A stretch of DNA of 64,000 bases from the human T2T-CHM13v2.0 reference genome, Homo sapiens. The notes under the pieces are model-generated. The model ran no database searches. It was not told where the DNA came from and saw only the letters and a list, made by a program, of their open reading frames with translations. The stretch is taken from NCBI RefSeq assembly GCF_009914755.1, contig NC_060928.1; one strand, 5' to 3'. Shown here in pieces: positions 30,325 to 48,550 of the stretch (positions are counted from its first letter, which is position 1; each line of letters starts with the position of its first letter). The position numbers and the translations under genes are program-made.

Positions 30325-30728
30325 TTGATTTTTAATTGAAAAAAAACTCTATATTTATGGTGTACAACATGATGTTTTGATATATGTATACATTGTGGAA
30401 TGGCTAAATCTAACATATGCATTACCTCACATACATCATTTTTTGTGGTAAGAACACTTAAAATCTCTCTTTGCAATTTCCAAGTATACAATAAATTGTT
30501 ATTAACTATAGTCACCATAATGTACAATAGATCTCTTGAACTTATTCATACTATCTAACTGAAATTTTGCATTCTTTGACCAACATTTTCCTTATCTCCC
30601 AACTCCCAGCCACTGGTAGCCACCACTCTACCTTCTGTTTCTATGAGTTCAAGTTTTTTTAGATTCCAGAGATCATGTAGTATTTGTCTTTAACATAATG
30701 TCCTCCAGGTTTATCCACGATGTCACAG
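30325..30728 (-). mobile_element. L1MA 3'-end fragment
   Basis: TATATTTATGGTGTACAACATGATGTTTTG...TGTACAATAGATCTCTTGAACTTATTC. Confidence 0.8.
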
Positions 30729-32139
30729 TGCAGTTGATTTTTATACATAAAAGATGGGAAAAATAAAAGATACATACATTGGCCAAAGCCAAGAGGGCTT
30801 CTCAGAACACCTGAATTAGGAACGTTCTTAAATAAAATCTCAAACTCTATTGCTTTATTAGGTTAAGAGCTGTGGCATAATTATGGAGTTGCAAAAATAT
30901 TTTTTAATTATTTTGAGAGAATTGAGCAAGTTGTCTAGTATGATACAAGAGTAGATAAAAAATTAGAGGCAGTTATTTCTATAGCAGTCATATTATTTAA
31001 TTTGCATACTCTGACTCATTAATTGGACCAAGAAAGAATATTTGACCAAAATCCACCAATCAGGTTCTGCCTCCAGAGAATTTTGAATGGGGACCTAGCA
31101 ATTATAGTTAGCCTAGTTTGTACTGTGGGGCCAATTTTCATCATGTGCTTAGAGAAGCAAAATAAGCTGGCCAACATAGAAAGAGAACAATAAATCAGAG
31201 AGGGAAAGTGAGTTGCTAGACTCAGCAACTCCAGGAAAACAGAGAGTGGTTTCCTTTGTTGCTGGCATGTTTCAAAGTCTTGGTTCCAGTCCTACCTGAG
31301 ATCCCACTGTACTATCTGACTGTTTGGCAGGAAATAGCCTTGCACTTATCCCGTAATTTCCCCCTTTTAGCTTAAGCTAGGGTGGATGATTTGTAATAAA
31401 TAAACCCTGACTGTAATACATCCTTTCAGCAAGACTGATCTGCTTGCTGACCCCAAAATGTCACTGGCATTTCTAAAAATACAAGTTTATCATATCCTTT
31501 CAAAGTCCCAACACCCCAGCCCACCTTACTGCCAACTCAAGTCCTTTACACTTAATAACATTTTCTCCAATCCTTGTAGCCAACATGCTTCAGTAACAAT
31601 TATATGAACTCCTAGGAAGAGACTGAGGCTGGAAATGAGATTTTAAGTCTTTACACTACAGTCACCACTGCATCTCCCAAATGCACTACAGTGTGAAAAG
31701 TCTGAAATCCAGTATGTATGTTATACTTACAGCATATTATAGCCACATTTCACACTAGCCACATGCTCAATCTTGACATTTAGCTAGAAATTACCAAATT
31801 GGCCAGTGTAGCTCTAGGGTTTGAATCCATGTACTACTATGGACATCCTCATTGTCTGATGCTGGATAGACTATTTAACCCCTCATCCTCATAAAGTAGT
31901 TTTGAGGATTACATTATATATTACCTGCAAATCATTTAGCATAGTGCCTGGCACATAGAAATCCCTCAGTAAATATTAACCACTAATTTCATCACAGAAT
32001 ACCAGTGGTAAGCAGAAAGAAGAGTCAGGGAAAGCTCATGCTTCAGTGGCACTCAATAAGATATATTAAAAATAAGGCAACAAATGAATAAAAATCCCAT
32101 TATGACTGCTAGAATTTCTATGTGTTTTGTGTTGGTTGA

Positions 32140-32400
32140 GAGCTGGTTTGGGATTCAAATCTTGATTCTGCCACTTCTTAGCTATGTGAAATTGACAAAT
32201 TTATTTAACCACTTCACACTTAAGTGCCTTCATCTATCTATAAAATAAAAATAGTAACGTTATCTATTGTGTATGATTGTGGTGAGGATCAAATGAGTTT
32301 GTAAGTGCAAAGCACTTAGAACAAGGGCTAACAGTAAAGATAAGCAGTCGCTATCATTATCATCAACATTATTATTGTTATCATTGTCATTGCTACTGTT
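32140..32400 (+). mobile_element. MIR
   Basis: GGATTCAAATCTTGATTCTGCCACTTCTTAGCTATGTGA...GTGAGGATCAAATGAG...AAAGCACTTAGAACA. Confidence 0.75.
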
Positions 32401-33383
32401 ATTGTTATTTTGCCATGCCATATAGTTAATGGCATTGTAATCACTGGGTCTTGGGTTCTCAGCCTTCACTAAATATATGCTGACTTCTAGTTGACTCAAA
32501 ATCAAACAATCTATTTTAAATATCATCATGAATTTCTCTATTCAATATGTAAAGCCACACAGGGCAAAATCGTGATTATAACACACTAGTTAGAAACAGT
32601 CGCTTGACAAACATCGCAATTCAATTCACAACTATAAGTGCTGAGAAATAGAACTAGGGTACTGGGGACTGTGCACATAAAATGAATAATCAGATAGCTA
32701 ATAATCTATTGGCCCTCTATGCTGTTCCATTCCTTTCTCTGTTCTCCCTCACGGCTGGAATCTTGGGAACTTAATGTCACGTACTCAATTGCCAGCCAGG
32801 CACTGGATGTGGTTTATTTTACAACAATCAGATATGCATGCTCACACAAGACTTAGAAGGCAGAAAAAGGGTAGAATTACTCTTCTTCCTCTGCTAGCTT
32901 TAACAGATATGTGTGCTTCAGATACTTGGAGGGGCAGGGAGTCACATACAGCTTCCATGTTCCCTTGAAATTCACCCTTTTAGAACTGCAGAAGAGCTAT
33001 GAGGCCAGCAGGGGTCTCCTACTGGTTCCTGACCTCCCAGTGGTAATCAGTAGTGGTATCAGTATCTGGCTCCCTGGATGAACCAACCCTAGCTGTAGTT
33101 GTCCTCTTGACTTTTGCTCCTTCAGCCCTCTCAGTGATATTTGTAGGCACCTTGTGCCCCTATTAAATCTTGTTCTGTTTGAAATACCTAGAATGATTTA
33201 TGTTTTCCTGATTGCACCCTGATTAATAATACTGCTTTTCTCTGAAAATTGACCGTGATCCCTTAATCTAACCGATGCCTCTGAGAGATGCAGGTAGTAA
33301 AATATAAGGAATTGACTTTAGAAATTTTAACTCATTGGCAAAGTTTAATTTCAACAATAGTAACCACAATGAAAAGCAGAAGT

Positions 33384-33699
<316 letters not shown>

Positions 33700-34554
33700 A
33701 TCACTGCTGTTTCTAAGTGGCAAAGTAAATAACTTTTTATAATGAGACCCTTTTTCCATGGATCTCTCCCTCTCTCTAGAGTCAACCTAAAACCATCTAA
33801 CACAAAAATCCATGCCCTTAACCATGAGATTGTATCTACCACATTATAGTACTATTGAGAAACTCTGTGATCCATTGGGGAGCTAGCCTTGGGCCACGTC
33901 AATACCTGGGCTCAGACTCCAGCGTCAGTGCCACTACTGTGGAGGGATGCCACAGCCCACGTATACCCTATTGAAAATCTTGCTTCCTTGACCACAGAAG
34001 ACATTAGTCGTGAGGTAATATGATCATTCCCATTTCTGGGAACAGAGAGGCTGGTGTTGAAAGAATCTATGTGCTGAAAATAAGGCTGAAAGGTTGATTC
34101 TAAGGTGGATCAACTTAGAGTGAAATGAACACCCATTAAGTGTAAATTCCCAGCAGTCATTTTGAAAAACGACACAGCACAGGAAGATTTTGTTTCCATC
34201 CAATTTAGCAAAGTTTACCTTAAAATAGCCAAAGATTCCCACTTACCCAGGAAAAAGTCCAGGGGTAGATCCCTTCTCTAGAGATCTGGATGAGCAGAGA
34301 TGCAACTCCTATCTCACTAGGCTCTTCTGCTAATGAGATACAACGCAGATGGATACAGCAGCTGGGACTAGAACAGAGTGTTCTTTGAGGATTTGGGCTT
34401 TGTGTTTCCACAGCAACATCATACCTGGAGAAAAACAGCCTTGTGATGAAGCCCAGCATGTCTGTCTCCATAACGACAAGATCATGGCAACTTGGCTGTG
34501 AATCCTCCCTCTACCTCCTCATCAGTGACCACAGTAACAATGCCAAACACCTTT

Positions 34555-35128
34555 ACTCCAGGCCCAGATGGTTTCACTGGAGAATTTTAACAAATGTTTA
34601 AAGCAAAATTAACACCAATGGTACACAATCTCTTGCAGTATATAGAAGAGGATTATAACTTCTCAATTCATTTTAGGAAGCATATACTACCCTGATACCA
34701 AAACCAGACAAAGACAGCACAAAGAAAACCTAGACATCAATATTCCTCATGAATACAAACACAATAATAACAAAATATTAGCAAATTGAATTCAGCACAC
34801 ATAAAAATAACCAAAGCTATGCTAAGTGGATTTTCTTTTAGATATACAAGACTGATCCAATATTTAAAACTCAAGTGATGTAATCCAATATATTAATAAG
34901 CTAAAGAAGAAAAATCACATCATTATATCAATTCATGCATAAAAATTTGATGAAATTAAACAACTATTCATGATTTTTTAAAACTCCCCAAAAAATAGAG
35001 GGGAAATTCCCCTTAACTTGATAAAGAGCATCTACCTGCAAAGGACCCTACACGAACCTTATACTTAAAAGTTGACAGACTAAATGCTTTCACTGAAGAT
35101 CTCAGGAGCGAGTCAAGAATGCCACTCA
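34555..35128 (+). mobile_element. Old L1M ORF2 remnant, part 1 (continues at ~41930-42170 and ~48775-50040)
   Basis: CCAGGCCCAGATGGTTTCACTGGAGAATT (PGPDGFTGEF); collinear continuation after the nested insertions. Confidence 0.75.
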
Positions 35129-35130
35129 TG

Positions 35131-38100
35131 GAGAAAATTAGAAAAATGGCAGATAGGAGCCAGTACTAACTTGCAGCTCTCACTTGAATGGACAGAGCAG
35201 TATGTGGACACTCACATCATGAAGCTTTGCTCCAAGAACTACTGCAGAAACACATTAGGCAAGCCAAGCGAATCCACAGACCCTTCGAAGGAAGCAGCTT
35301 GCTGCTGCAGGCTCTGAGACAGCTGAAAAACTGTGAGTTCCCAAAGTATGAAAAGAGGAAAAATCCACCCTCGAAGACACATCTTTACTGGGGACCCTGA
35401 AGGTTCAGATCATGGATGAAGGATTTGACCTTACCTGGAACTGAAATGAATTTAGAGAGTCAAACAAAATATGGGGATACAGGAAGCAGCGGAAAGAGCC
35501 CTCTTGGTCCCCAGAGAAGACATTTCTGATTTCATCTCGCAGAGGGGTTTGGGGAGGGCTCCCAATGGAATTGAGGAAAGATCACAGGAAGAAGGAAACT
35601 TCCAGCTTAATTTTGTAACAATTTCAACTGAAAGTGAGGTTTCCTGGACAGAACTTGGGGAAAGGGTCAAACAGGGAGCACAGATAGAAGCACAGAAGCT
35701 GCAGCAGGCAGGGAGGCATGAAACCTGAAAGCCCTGCTTGCTTTCCCAGCAGGGAGGCTTGTAGCCTGGGGCAGGTTCTCAGCCTTGCTCCCCAGCTGCC
35801 TCAAAATAAGCTCGGTGCTGTTGGGGGTGCATGGTGGGAGTAAGACTTGCCTTTCGGGTGGCAAGAAAGCTGGGTGAGGCCTGTAACTGCTGGCTTTCCC
35901 CCACTTCCCTGATGACCCATATGACACAGCAGAGGCACCCATAATCCCCCTAGGAACGTAACTGCATTGGCCTGTGAACCACACCCCGATCCCCACCAGC
36001 AGCCACAGCAAGCCCTACCCAAAGAGAGTCTGAACTCAGACACACCTAAACTTGCCCCCATCTGATGGTCTTTCTCTACCCACACTGGTAGCAAAAGGCA
36101 AAGGACATAAGCTCTTGGGAGCTCTAGGGCCCCACCCACCATCTGAGAAACCCGAATACTTATCTAGGTGACCCTAGGGTAAGCTTGTATCCTCTCTATA
36201 CTACTGCAACTGATGCTGTCTTGAAAGCACCACCTCCTGGCTGGAGGCCAACCAGAACAAGACCAGTACACTAACAAAAACTACAACCAAGGACCCTCAC
36301 AGAGTCCACTTCACTCCCCTGGTACCTCCACCAGAATAGGTGCTGGTATCCATGGCTGAGAGACCTACAAATGGGTCACATCACACGACTCTGTGCAGAC
36401 ACTTCCCAATACCAGCCTGGAGCCCAGTAGCTCAACTGGGTGGATAAACCCAGAAGAGAAATAAAAATCTCTGCAGTTCAGGTCTCAGGAAGCCTCATCC
36501 CCAGATGGAAGGGAGAGCACCACATAAAGGGAGCACCCCATGGGACCAAAAAATATGAACAGCAGCCAAATCCCAGGTCTTCCCTCTGACGTCCACCCAA
36601 ATGAGAAAGAACCAGAAAAACAATTCTGGTAATATGACAAAACGAGGTTTTTTTAACACTTCCAAAAGATCACACTAGCTCACCAGCATTGGATCCAAAC
36701 CAAGATGAAATATCTGGATTGCCAGAAAAAAGAATTCAGAAGGTCAATTATTAAGCTAATCAAGGAGGCACCAGAGAAAGATGAAGTCCAACTTAATGAA
36801 ATCAAAAAAACAATAAAGGATATGAATGGAAAAATCTCCAGTGAAATAGACAGCCTAAATAAAACACAATCACAACTTCTGGAAATGAAGGACACACTTA
36901 GAGAATTGCAAAATGCACTGGAAAGTCTCAGCAATAGAACCAAACAAGTAAAAGCAAGAACTTCAGATCTCAAAGACAGGGCTTTAGAATTAACCCAATC
37001 TGACAAAGACACAGAAAAAAAGAATTTTAAAAATGAACAATGACTCCAGGAAGTTTGGGATTATATTAAATGAATAAACCTAAGAATAATTAGTGTTCCT
37101 GAGGAAGAAGAGAAATCTAAAAGTTTGGAGAACATATTTGAGGGAACAATCAAGGAAAACTCCCCTGGCCTTGCTAGAGATCTGGACATCCAAGTATAGG
37201 AAGCTCAAAGAACACCCGGGAAATTCATCACAAAAAGATCATCATCTAGGCACATAGTCATCAAGTTATGTAAAGTCAAGACACAGGAAGGAATCTTAAG
37301 AGCTATGAGGCAAAAGCATCAGGCAAACTATAAAGGAAAACCTATCAGATTAAAAGCAGATTTCTCAGCAGAAATCCTACAAGCTAGAAGAGATTGGGGT
37401 CCTATTGTTAGCTTCCTTAAACAAAACAATTATCAGCTGAGAATTTTGTATCCAGCAAAATTAAGCTTCATATATGAAGGAGCGATAAAGGGCTTTTGGA
37501 CAAACAAATGCTGAGAGAATTCACCACCACCAAGCCAGCACTACAATAACTGCTAAAAGGAGTTCTAAATCTTGCAACAAATCCTTGAAAAACACCAAAA
37601 TAGAACCTCCTTAAAGCATAACTCTCACAGGACCTATAAAACAATAACATAATGAAAAAAGACAAGGTATTCAGGCAAAAACTCAATACTAACATTGAAT
37701 GTAAATGGCCTAAATGTTCCACTTAAAAGATACAGAATGGCTGAATGGATAAGAATTTACCAACCAAGTGTCTGCTGCCTTCAAGACACTCACCTGACAC
37801 ATAAGGACTCATATAAAATTAATGTAATGGCATGGAAGAAGACATTCCATGGAAATGGACACCAAAAGTGAGGAGTAGTTATTCTTGTAAACTAAAAGTG
37901 AGGAGGAGTAGTTATTCTTGTAGACTTTAAAACAACAACAGTTTAAAAAGACAAACAGGAACATAATATAATGATAAAAGGACTAGTCCAACAGCAAAAT
38001 ATCATAATCCTAAATATATATGCATGTAACACTGGAGATCCCAAATATATAAAACATTATTACTAGATCTAAGAATAGAGATAATAGCAACACAATAACA

Positions 38101-41100
38101 GTGGGGGACTTCAGTACTCCACTGACAACACTAGACAGGTCATCAAGACAGAAAGTCAACAAAGAAACAATGGACTTAAACTATACCATAGACAAATAGA
38201 CTTAAATATTTACAGAACATTCTACCCAACAACTGCAGAATATACATTCTGTTCATCAGCACGTGGAACATTCTTCAAGATAGCCCATATGATAGGTCAC
38301 AAAACAACTCAATAAATTTTTAAAAATCAATATTATATAAAATACTCTCTCAGATCACAGTGGAATAAAATTGAAAATCAACTCCAAAAGGAACTCTTGA
38401 ATCCATGCAAAAACATAGAAACTAAACAACCTGTTCCTGAATGATCATTGGGTCAATAATAAAATCAATATGGAAATTTAAAAAGTCTTTATACTGAATG
38501 ATAATAGTGACACATCCCATCAAAACCTCTGGGATACAGCAAAGGCAGTGCTAAGAGGAAAGTTCATAGCATTAAATGCCTACATCAAAAAGTCTGAAAG
38601 AGCACAAACAGACAATCTAAGGTCACACCTCATGGAACTAGAAAAACAAAAACAACTCAAACCCAAACCCAGAAGAAGAAAAGAAATAAAAAAGATCAGA
38701 GAAGAGCTAAATGAAATTGAAACAAAAAATAAAAATAAAAAAGGTAAATGAAACAAAAAACTGGTTCTTTGAAAAGATAAGCAAAATTGATAGACCACTA
38801 GGAAAATTAACTAAGAAGAGAAAAAATTCAAATGAGCTCAATTAGAAACAAAATGGGAGATATTACAACCAATACCACAGAAATACAAAAGATTATTCAA
38901 GGCTACTATGAAAATCTTTACACACAAAAACTAGGAAACCTAGAGGAAATGAATAAATTCCTGGAAATATACAACTCTTGTAGATTAAACCAGGAAAAAA
39001 TAGAAACTCTGAACAAACCAATAACGAGCAGTGAGACTGAAATGGTAATTTAAAAATTGACAACAAAAAGTCCAGGACCAGATGGATTCAAAGCTGAATT
39101 CTATCAGACATTCAAAGAAGAATTGGTATCAATCCTACTGACACAAGACAGAGCAAGAGGGAAACTTTCCTAAATCATTCCATGAAGACAGTATCACCCT
39201 AATACCAAAACCAGAAAAGGACAAAACAAAAAAAGAAAACTACAGACCAATATCTCTGATGAACATAGATGCAAAAATCCTCAACAAAATACTAGCTAAC
39301 TGAAATCAGCAGCATATCAAAAAGATAATGATCGAGTGGGTTTCATACCAAGGATGCAGGGATGGCTTAATATATGGAAGTCAATAAATGTGATACACCA
39401 CATAAACAGAATTAAAAAGAAAAATCATATGATCATCTCAATAGATGCAGAAAAAGCATTTGACAAAATCTAGTAACTCTTTATGACTAAAATCCTCAGC
39501 AAAACACACATAGAGGGACATACCTCAAGGTAATAAAAGCCATCTATGAAAAACAGCCAACATTATACTGAATGGGGAAAAGTTAAAAGCATTCCCCCTG
39601 ACAACTGGAACAAGACAAGGATGCCCACTCTCATCACTTCTCTTCAACATAGTACTGGAAGTCCTACCCAGAGCAATCAGACAAGAGAAAGAAATAAAGG
39701 GCATCCAAACTGGTAAAAAGGAAATCAAACTGTCACTGTTTGCTGATCATATGATCATATAACCTAAAGAACTCCCTAAAGACTCCTCCAAAAAGCTCCT
39801 AGAACTGATAAATGAATTCAGTAAAGTTTCAGGATAAAAAAATCAATGTACACAAACCAGTAGTGCTGCTATACACCAACAGTGACCAAGCAGAGAATCA
39901 AATCAAGAACTCAACCCCTTTACAATAGCTCTGAAAAGAAAGTAAAATATTTAGAAATATACCTAACCAAGGAAGTGAAAGATCTCAACAAGGAAAACTA
40001 CCAAACACTGCTCAAAGAAATCACAGATAACACAAACAAATAGAAACACATCCTATGCTCATGGATGGGTACAATCAATTTTGTGAAAATGACCATACTG
40101 CCAAAAGCAATCCACAAATTCAATGCAATTCCTATCAAAATATCACCATCATTCTTCACAGAACTAGAAAAAACAATCCTAAAATTCATATGGAACCAAA
40201 AGAAGAACCCACATAGCCAAAGCAAGCCTAAGCAAAAAGAACAAATCTGGAGCCATCACATTACCTGACTTCAAACTATACTATAAGGCTATAGTCACCA
40301 AAACAGCATGGTACTGGTATAAAAATAGGCACATAGACCAATGGCACAGGATAGAGAACCCAGAAATAAAGGCAAATACTTACAGCCGACTGATCTTCAA
40401 CAAAGCAAACAAAAACATAAAGTGGGGAAAGGGCACCCTATTCAACAAATGATGCTGGGATAATTGGCAAGTCGAATGTAGGAAAATAAAACTGGATTCT
40501 CATTGCTCACCTTATACAAAAATCAACTCGAGATGGATCAAAGACTTAAATCTAAGACCTGAAACCATAAATATCTAGAAGATAACATCGGAAAAACCCT
40601 TGTAGACATTGGCTTAGGCAAAGACTTCATGACCAAGAACCCAAAAGCAAATGCAACAAAAGCAAAGATAAATAGATGGAACTTAGACTAAAAGCTTCTG
40701 CACAGCAAAAGAAATAATCAGCAGAGTAAACAGACAACCTACAGAGTGGGAGAAAATCTGCAAACTCTGCATCCGACAAAGGACTAATATCCAGAATCTA
40801 CAAGGAACTCAAACAAATCAGCAAGAAATAAACAAACGATCCCATCAAAAAGTGGGCTAAGGACATGAATAGACAATTCTTAAAAGAAGATATATAAATG
40901 GCCAACAAACATATGAAAACAATGCTTGGCATCACTAATGATCAGGGAAATGCAAATCAAAACCACAATGCGATACCACCTTACTCCTGCAAGAATGGCC
41001 ATAATCAAAAAATCAAAAAAAAATAGATGTTGGCATGGATGTGGTGAAAAGGGAATACTTTTATTCTGCTAGTGGGAATGTAAACTAGTACAGCAACTAT

Positions 41101-41735
41101 GGAAAACAGGGTGGAGATTCCTTAAAGAACTAAAAGTAGAACTACCATTTGATCCAGCAATCCTTCTACTGGGTATCTACCCAGAGGAAAAGAAGTCATC
41201 ATATGAAAAAGATACTTGGAAACACATGTTTATAGAAATGCAATTCACAATTGCAAAAATATGAGCAGCCCAAATGCCCATCAATCAATGAATGGATAAA
41301 AAAATTGTGAGATAGATAGATAGATAGGTAGATAGATAGATAGATAGATAGATGTATCTCCTAGAATACTACTCAGCCCTAAAAAATGAATGAAAGAATG
41401 GCATTTGCAGCAACCTGGATGGAATTGGAGACCATTATGCTAAATGAAGTAACTCAGGAATGGAAAACCAAGTATCACATGTTCTCACTCATAAGTGGGA
41501 GCTAAGCTATGTGGACACAAGGGCATAAGAATGATACAATGGACTTTGGAGACTCAGAGGAAAGGGTGGGACAAGGTGAGGGATAACAGACTATGCATTG
41601 GGCACAGTGTACACTGCTTGGATGATGGGTGCACCAAAACCTCAGAAATCCCCACTGAAGAACATATTCATGGAACCAAACATCGCCTGTTCCCCCAAAA
41701 ACCTATTGAAACTTAAAAATTGAAGAAAAAAAAAA
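35131..41735 (+). mobile_element. Full-length L1PB-type LINE-1, ORFs decayed
   Basis: 5' AAATGGCAGATAGGAG, ~1.5-kb 5'UTR, ORF1/ORF2 fragments, L1PB 3'UTR (GATGGGTGCACCAAAACCTCAGAAATC), poly(A). Confidence 0.88.
41310..41353 (+). repeat. (GATA)n microsatellite within L1PB
   Basis: About 11 GATA units with one GGTA. Confidence 0.95.
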
Positions 41736-42172
41736 GAACTGCACACACTCAAGGACTCAGTAAGCAACCATGAAACATGAGCAAAATTTCCTTTCCTAAG
41801 GAATGACTGCAACAATGATTCACTGTAGTTATTTCTCGAACTCATGGGTGGTGGCTTGTATAACAAAAAACAATAAACTGTTGATGCTTGGGCCCCAGCC
41901 GAGAATCAGCATCTCTGGGGGGGAAAAAAGTCACTCATATTCAACATAGTGATAGAAGTTCTCATCAATGCAAGGAGGCAAGAAAAGGAACTACAGGCAT
42001 GCACCACCATGCCTGGCTAATTTTTCAATTTTTTTGTAGAGACAAGGAAAGAAAAGGAACTCAAAGGCATGTACATTGGAAAGGAGAAAAATAAAACTTT
42101 CTATTTGCAGATGATACAATTTGTTTATGTAAAAAAGTTCCAAGGAATCTAAAACAAACAAAAACAAAACCT

Positions 42173-42470
42173 GGCCAGGAACAGTGGCTCATACTTGCAA
42201 TCCCAGCACTTTGAGAGCACTTTGAGTGGCTCATACCTGTAATCCCAGCACTTTGAGAGGCTGAGACAGGCAGCTCTCTAGAGCCCAGGAGTTTGAGACC
42301 AGGCAACTGGCAAAATCCTGTCTCTACAAAAAAAATGAAAAATTAGCCAGGCCTGTTGGTGCATGCCTGTAGTCCCAGCTACTTGGGGACTGAGGTAAGA
42401 GGATAGCTTGAGCCTTGGAGGTTGAGGCTGCAGTGAACTGTGATTGTGCCATGGCACTCTAGCCTGGGCT
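42173..42470 (+). mobile_element. AluJ with 5' internal duplication, 3' truncated
   Basis: GTGGCTCATAC..G.AATCCCAGCACTTTGAGA occurs twice; no poly(A) tail. Confidence 0.85.
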
Positions 42471-42879
42471 AGTGTTATGTAGCACTTCATTATAAAATTA
42501 TAGGCTTTCATTACAGGCTTGGTGTTAGATAATTATGCCCAACTGTAGAGTAGCATAAGTGTTCCGACCAAGTATAAGGTAAGCTAGGCTAAGCTATGAT
42601 GTTTCGTAAGTTAAGAATATTAACTGCATTTTCAACATATTATATTTTCTTTTTTTATTACTTAATTTTTTTTTATTATACTTTAAGTTTTAGGGTACAT
42701 GTGTACATTGTGCAGGTTAGTTACATATGTATACATGTGCCATGCTGGTGCGCTGCACCCACTAACTCGTCATCTAGCATTAGGTATATCTCCCGAGGCT
42801 ATCCCTCCCCCCTCCCCCCACCCCACAACAGTCCCCAGAGTGTGATATTCCCCTTTCTGTGTCCATGTGATCTCATTGT

Positions 42880-46721
<3,842 letters not shown>

Positions 46722-46769
46722 TTATTTTGCTCGTTAGTTGATGCAGTTTCTTCCTAGTTTCGATGGTCT

Positions 46770-47786
46770 TTACATTTTGGCATGATTTTGCAGCAGCTGG
46801 TACTGGTTGTTCCTTTCCATATTTAGTGCTTCCTTCAGGAGCTCTTGTAGGGCAGGCCTGGTGGTGACAAAATCTCTCAGCATTTGCTTGTCTGTAAAGG
46901 ATTTTATTTCACCTTCACTTATGAAGCTTAGTTTGGCTGGATATGAAATTCTGGGTTGAAAATTCTTTTCTTTAAGAATGTTGAATATTGGCCCCCACTC
47001 TCTTCTGGCTTGTAGGGTTTCTGCCGAGAGATCTGCTGTTAGTCTGATGGGCTTCCCTTTGAGGGTAACCCGACCTTTCTCTCTGGCTGCCCTTAACATT
47101 TTTTCCTTCATTTCAACTTTGGTGAATCTGACAATTATGTGTCTTGGAGTTGCTCTTCTCGAGGAGTATCTTTGTGGTGTTCACTGTATTTCCTGAATCA
47201 GAACATTGGCCTGCCTTGCTAGATTGGGGAGGTTCTCCTGGATAATATCCTGCAGAGTGTTTTCCAACTTGGTTCCATTCTCCCCATCACTTTCAGGTAC
47301 ACCAATCAGACGTAGATTTGGTCTTTTCACATAGTCCCATATTTCTTGGAGGCTTTGCTCATTTCTTTTTATTCTTTTTTCTCTAAACTTCCCTTCTTGC
47401 TTCATTTCATTCATTTCATCTTCCATTGCTGATATCCTTTCTTCCAGTTGATTTCATCAGCTCCTGAGGCTTCTGCATTCTTCACGTAATTCTCGAGCCT
47501 TGGTTTTCAGCTCCATCAGCTCCTTTAAGCACTTCTCTGTATTGGTTATTCTAGTTATACATTCTTCCAAATTTTTTTCGAAGTTTTCAACTTCTTTGCC
47601 TTTGGTTTGAATGTCCTCCCGTAGCTCAGAGTAATTTGATCGTCTGAAGCCTTCTCCTCTCAGCTCGTCAAAGTCATTCTCCATCCAGCTTTGTTCCGTT
47701 GCTGGTGAGGAACTGCGTTCCTTTGGAGGAGGAGAGGCACTCTGCTTTTTAGAGTTTCCAGTTTTTCTGTTCTGTTTTTTCCCCAT
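46770..47786 (-). pseudogene. ORF1: L1 ORF1 with internal stops
   Basis: Three in-frame fragments; TGA stops at ~47457 and ~47181. Confidence 0.92.
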
Positions 47787-48241
47787 CTTTGTGCTTTTAT
47801 CTACTTTTGGTCTTTGATGATGGTGACGTACAGATGGGTTTTTGGTGTGAATGTCCTTTCTGTTTGTTAGTTTTCCTTCTAACAGAGAGGACCCTCAGCT
47901 GCAGGTCTGTTGGAATACCCTGCCGTGTGAGGTGTCAGTGTGCCCCTGCTGGGGGATGCCTCCCAGTTAGGCTGCCCGGGGGTCAGGGGTCAGGGACCCA
48001 CTTGAGGAGGCAGTCTGCCCATTCTCAGATCTCCAGCTGCATGCTGGGAGAACCACTGCTCTCTTCGAAGCTGTCAGACAGGGACATTTAAGTCTGCAGA
48101 GGTTACTGCTGTCTTTTTGTTTGTCTGTGCCCTGCCCCCAGAGGTGGAGCCTACAGTGGCAGGCAGGCCTCCTTGAGCTGTGGTGGGCTCCACCCAGTTG
48201 GAGCTTCCCAGCTGCTTTGTTTACCTAATCAAGCCTGGGCA

Positions 48242-48550
48242 ATGGCGGGCGCCCCTCCCCCAGCCTCGCTGCCACCTTGCAGTTTGATCTCAGACTGCTG
48301 TGCTAGCAATCAGCGAGACTCCGTGGGCATAGGACCCTCCGAGCCAGGTGCGGGATATAATCTCGTGGTGCGCCGTTTTTTAAGCCCATCGGAAAAGCGC
48401 AGTATTCGGGTGGGAGTGACCCAATTTTCCAGGTGCCGTCCATCACCCCTTTCTTTGACTCAGAAAGGGAACTCCCTGACCCCTTGCGCTTCCCAAGTGA
48501 GGCAATGCCTCGCCCTGCTTTGGCTCGCGCACGGTGCACGCACCCACTGA
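48242..48550 (+). CDS. ORF0: L1 antisense ORF0 (102 aa, open)
   Basis: ATG at 48242; MAGAPPPASLPPCSLISDCCASNQRD. Confidence 0.7.
   Translation: MAGAPPPASLPPCSLISDCCASNQRDSVGIGPSEPGAGYNLVVRRFLSPSEKRSIRVGVTQFSRCRPSPLSLTQKGNSLTPCASQVRQCLALLWLAHGARTH

Noticed and set aside
37863-37922. Short tandem duplications (also 53025-53075 and 55830-55867)
   Set aside because: Ordinary slippage duplications inside repeats; no repeat-spacer array.
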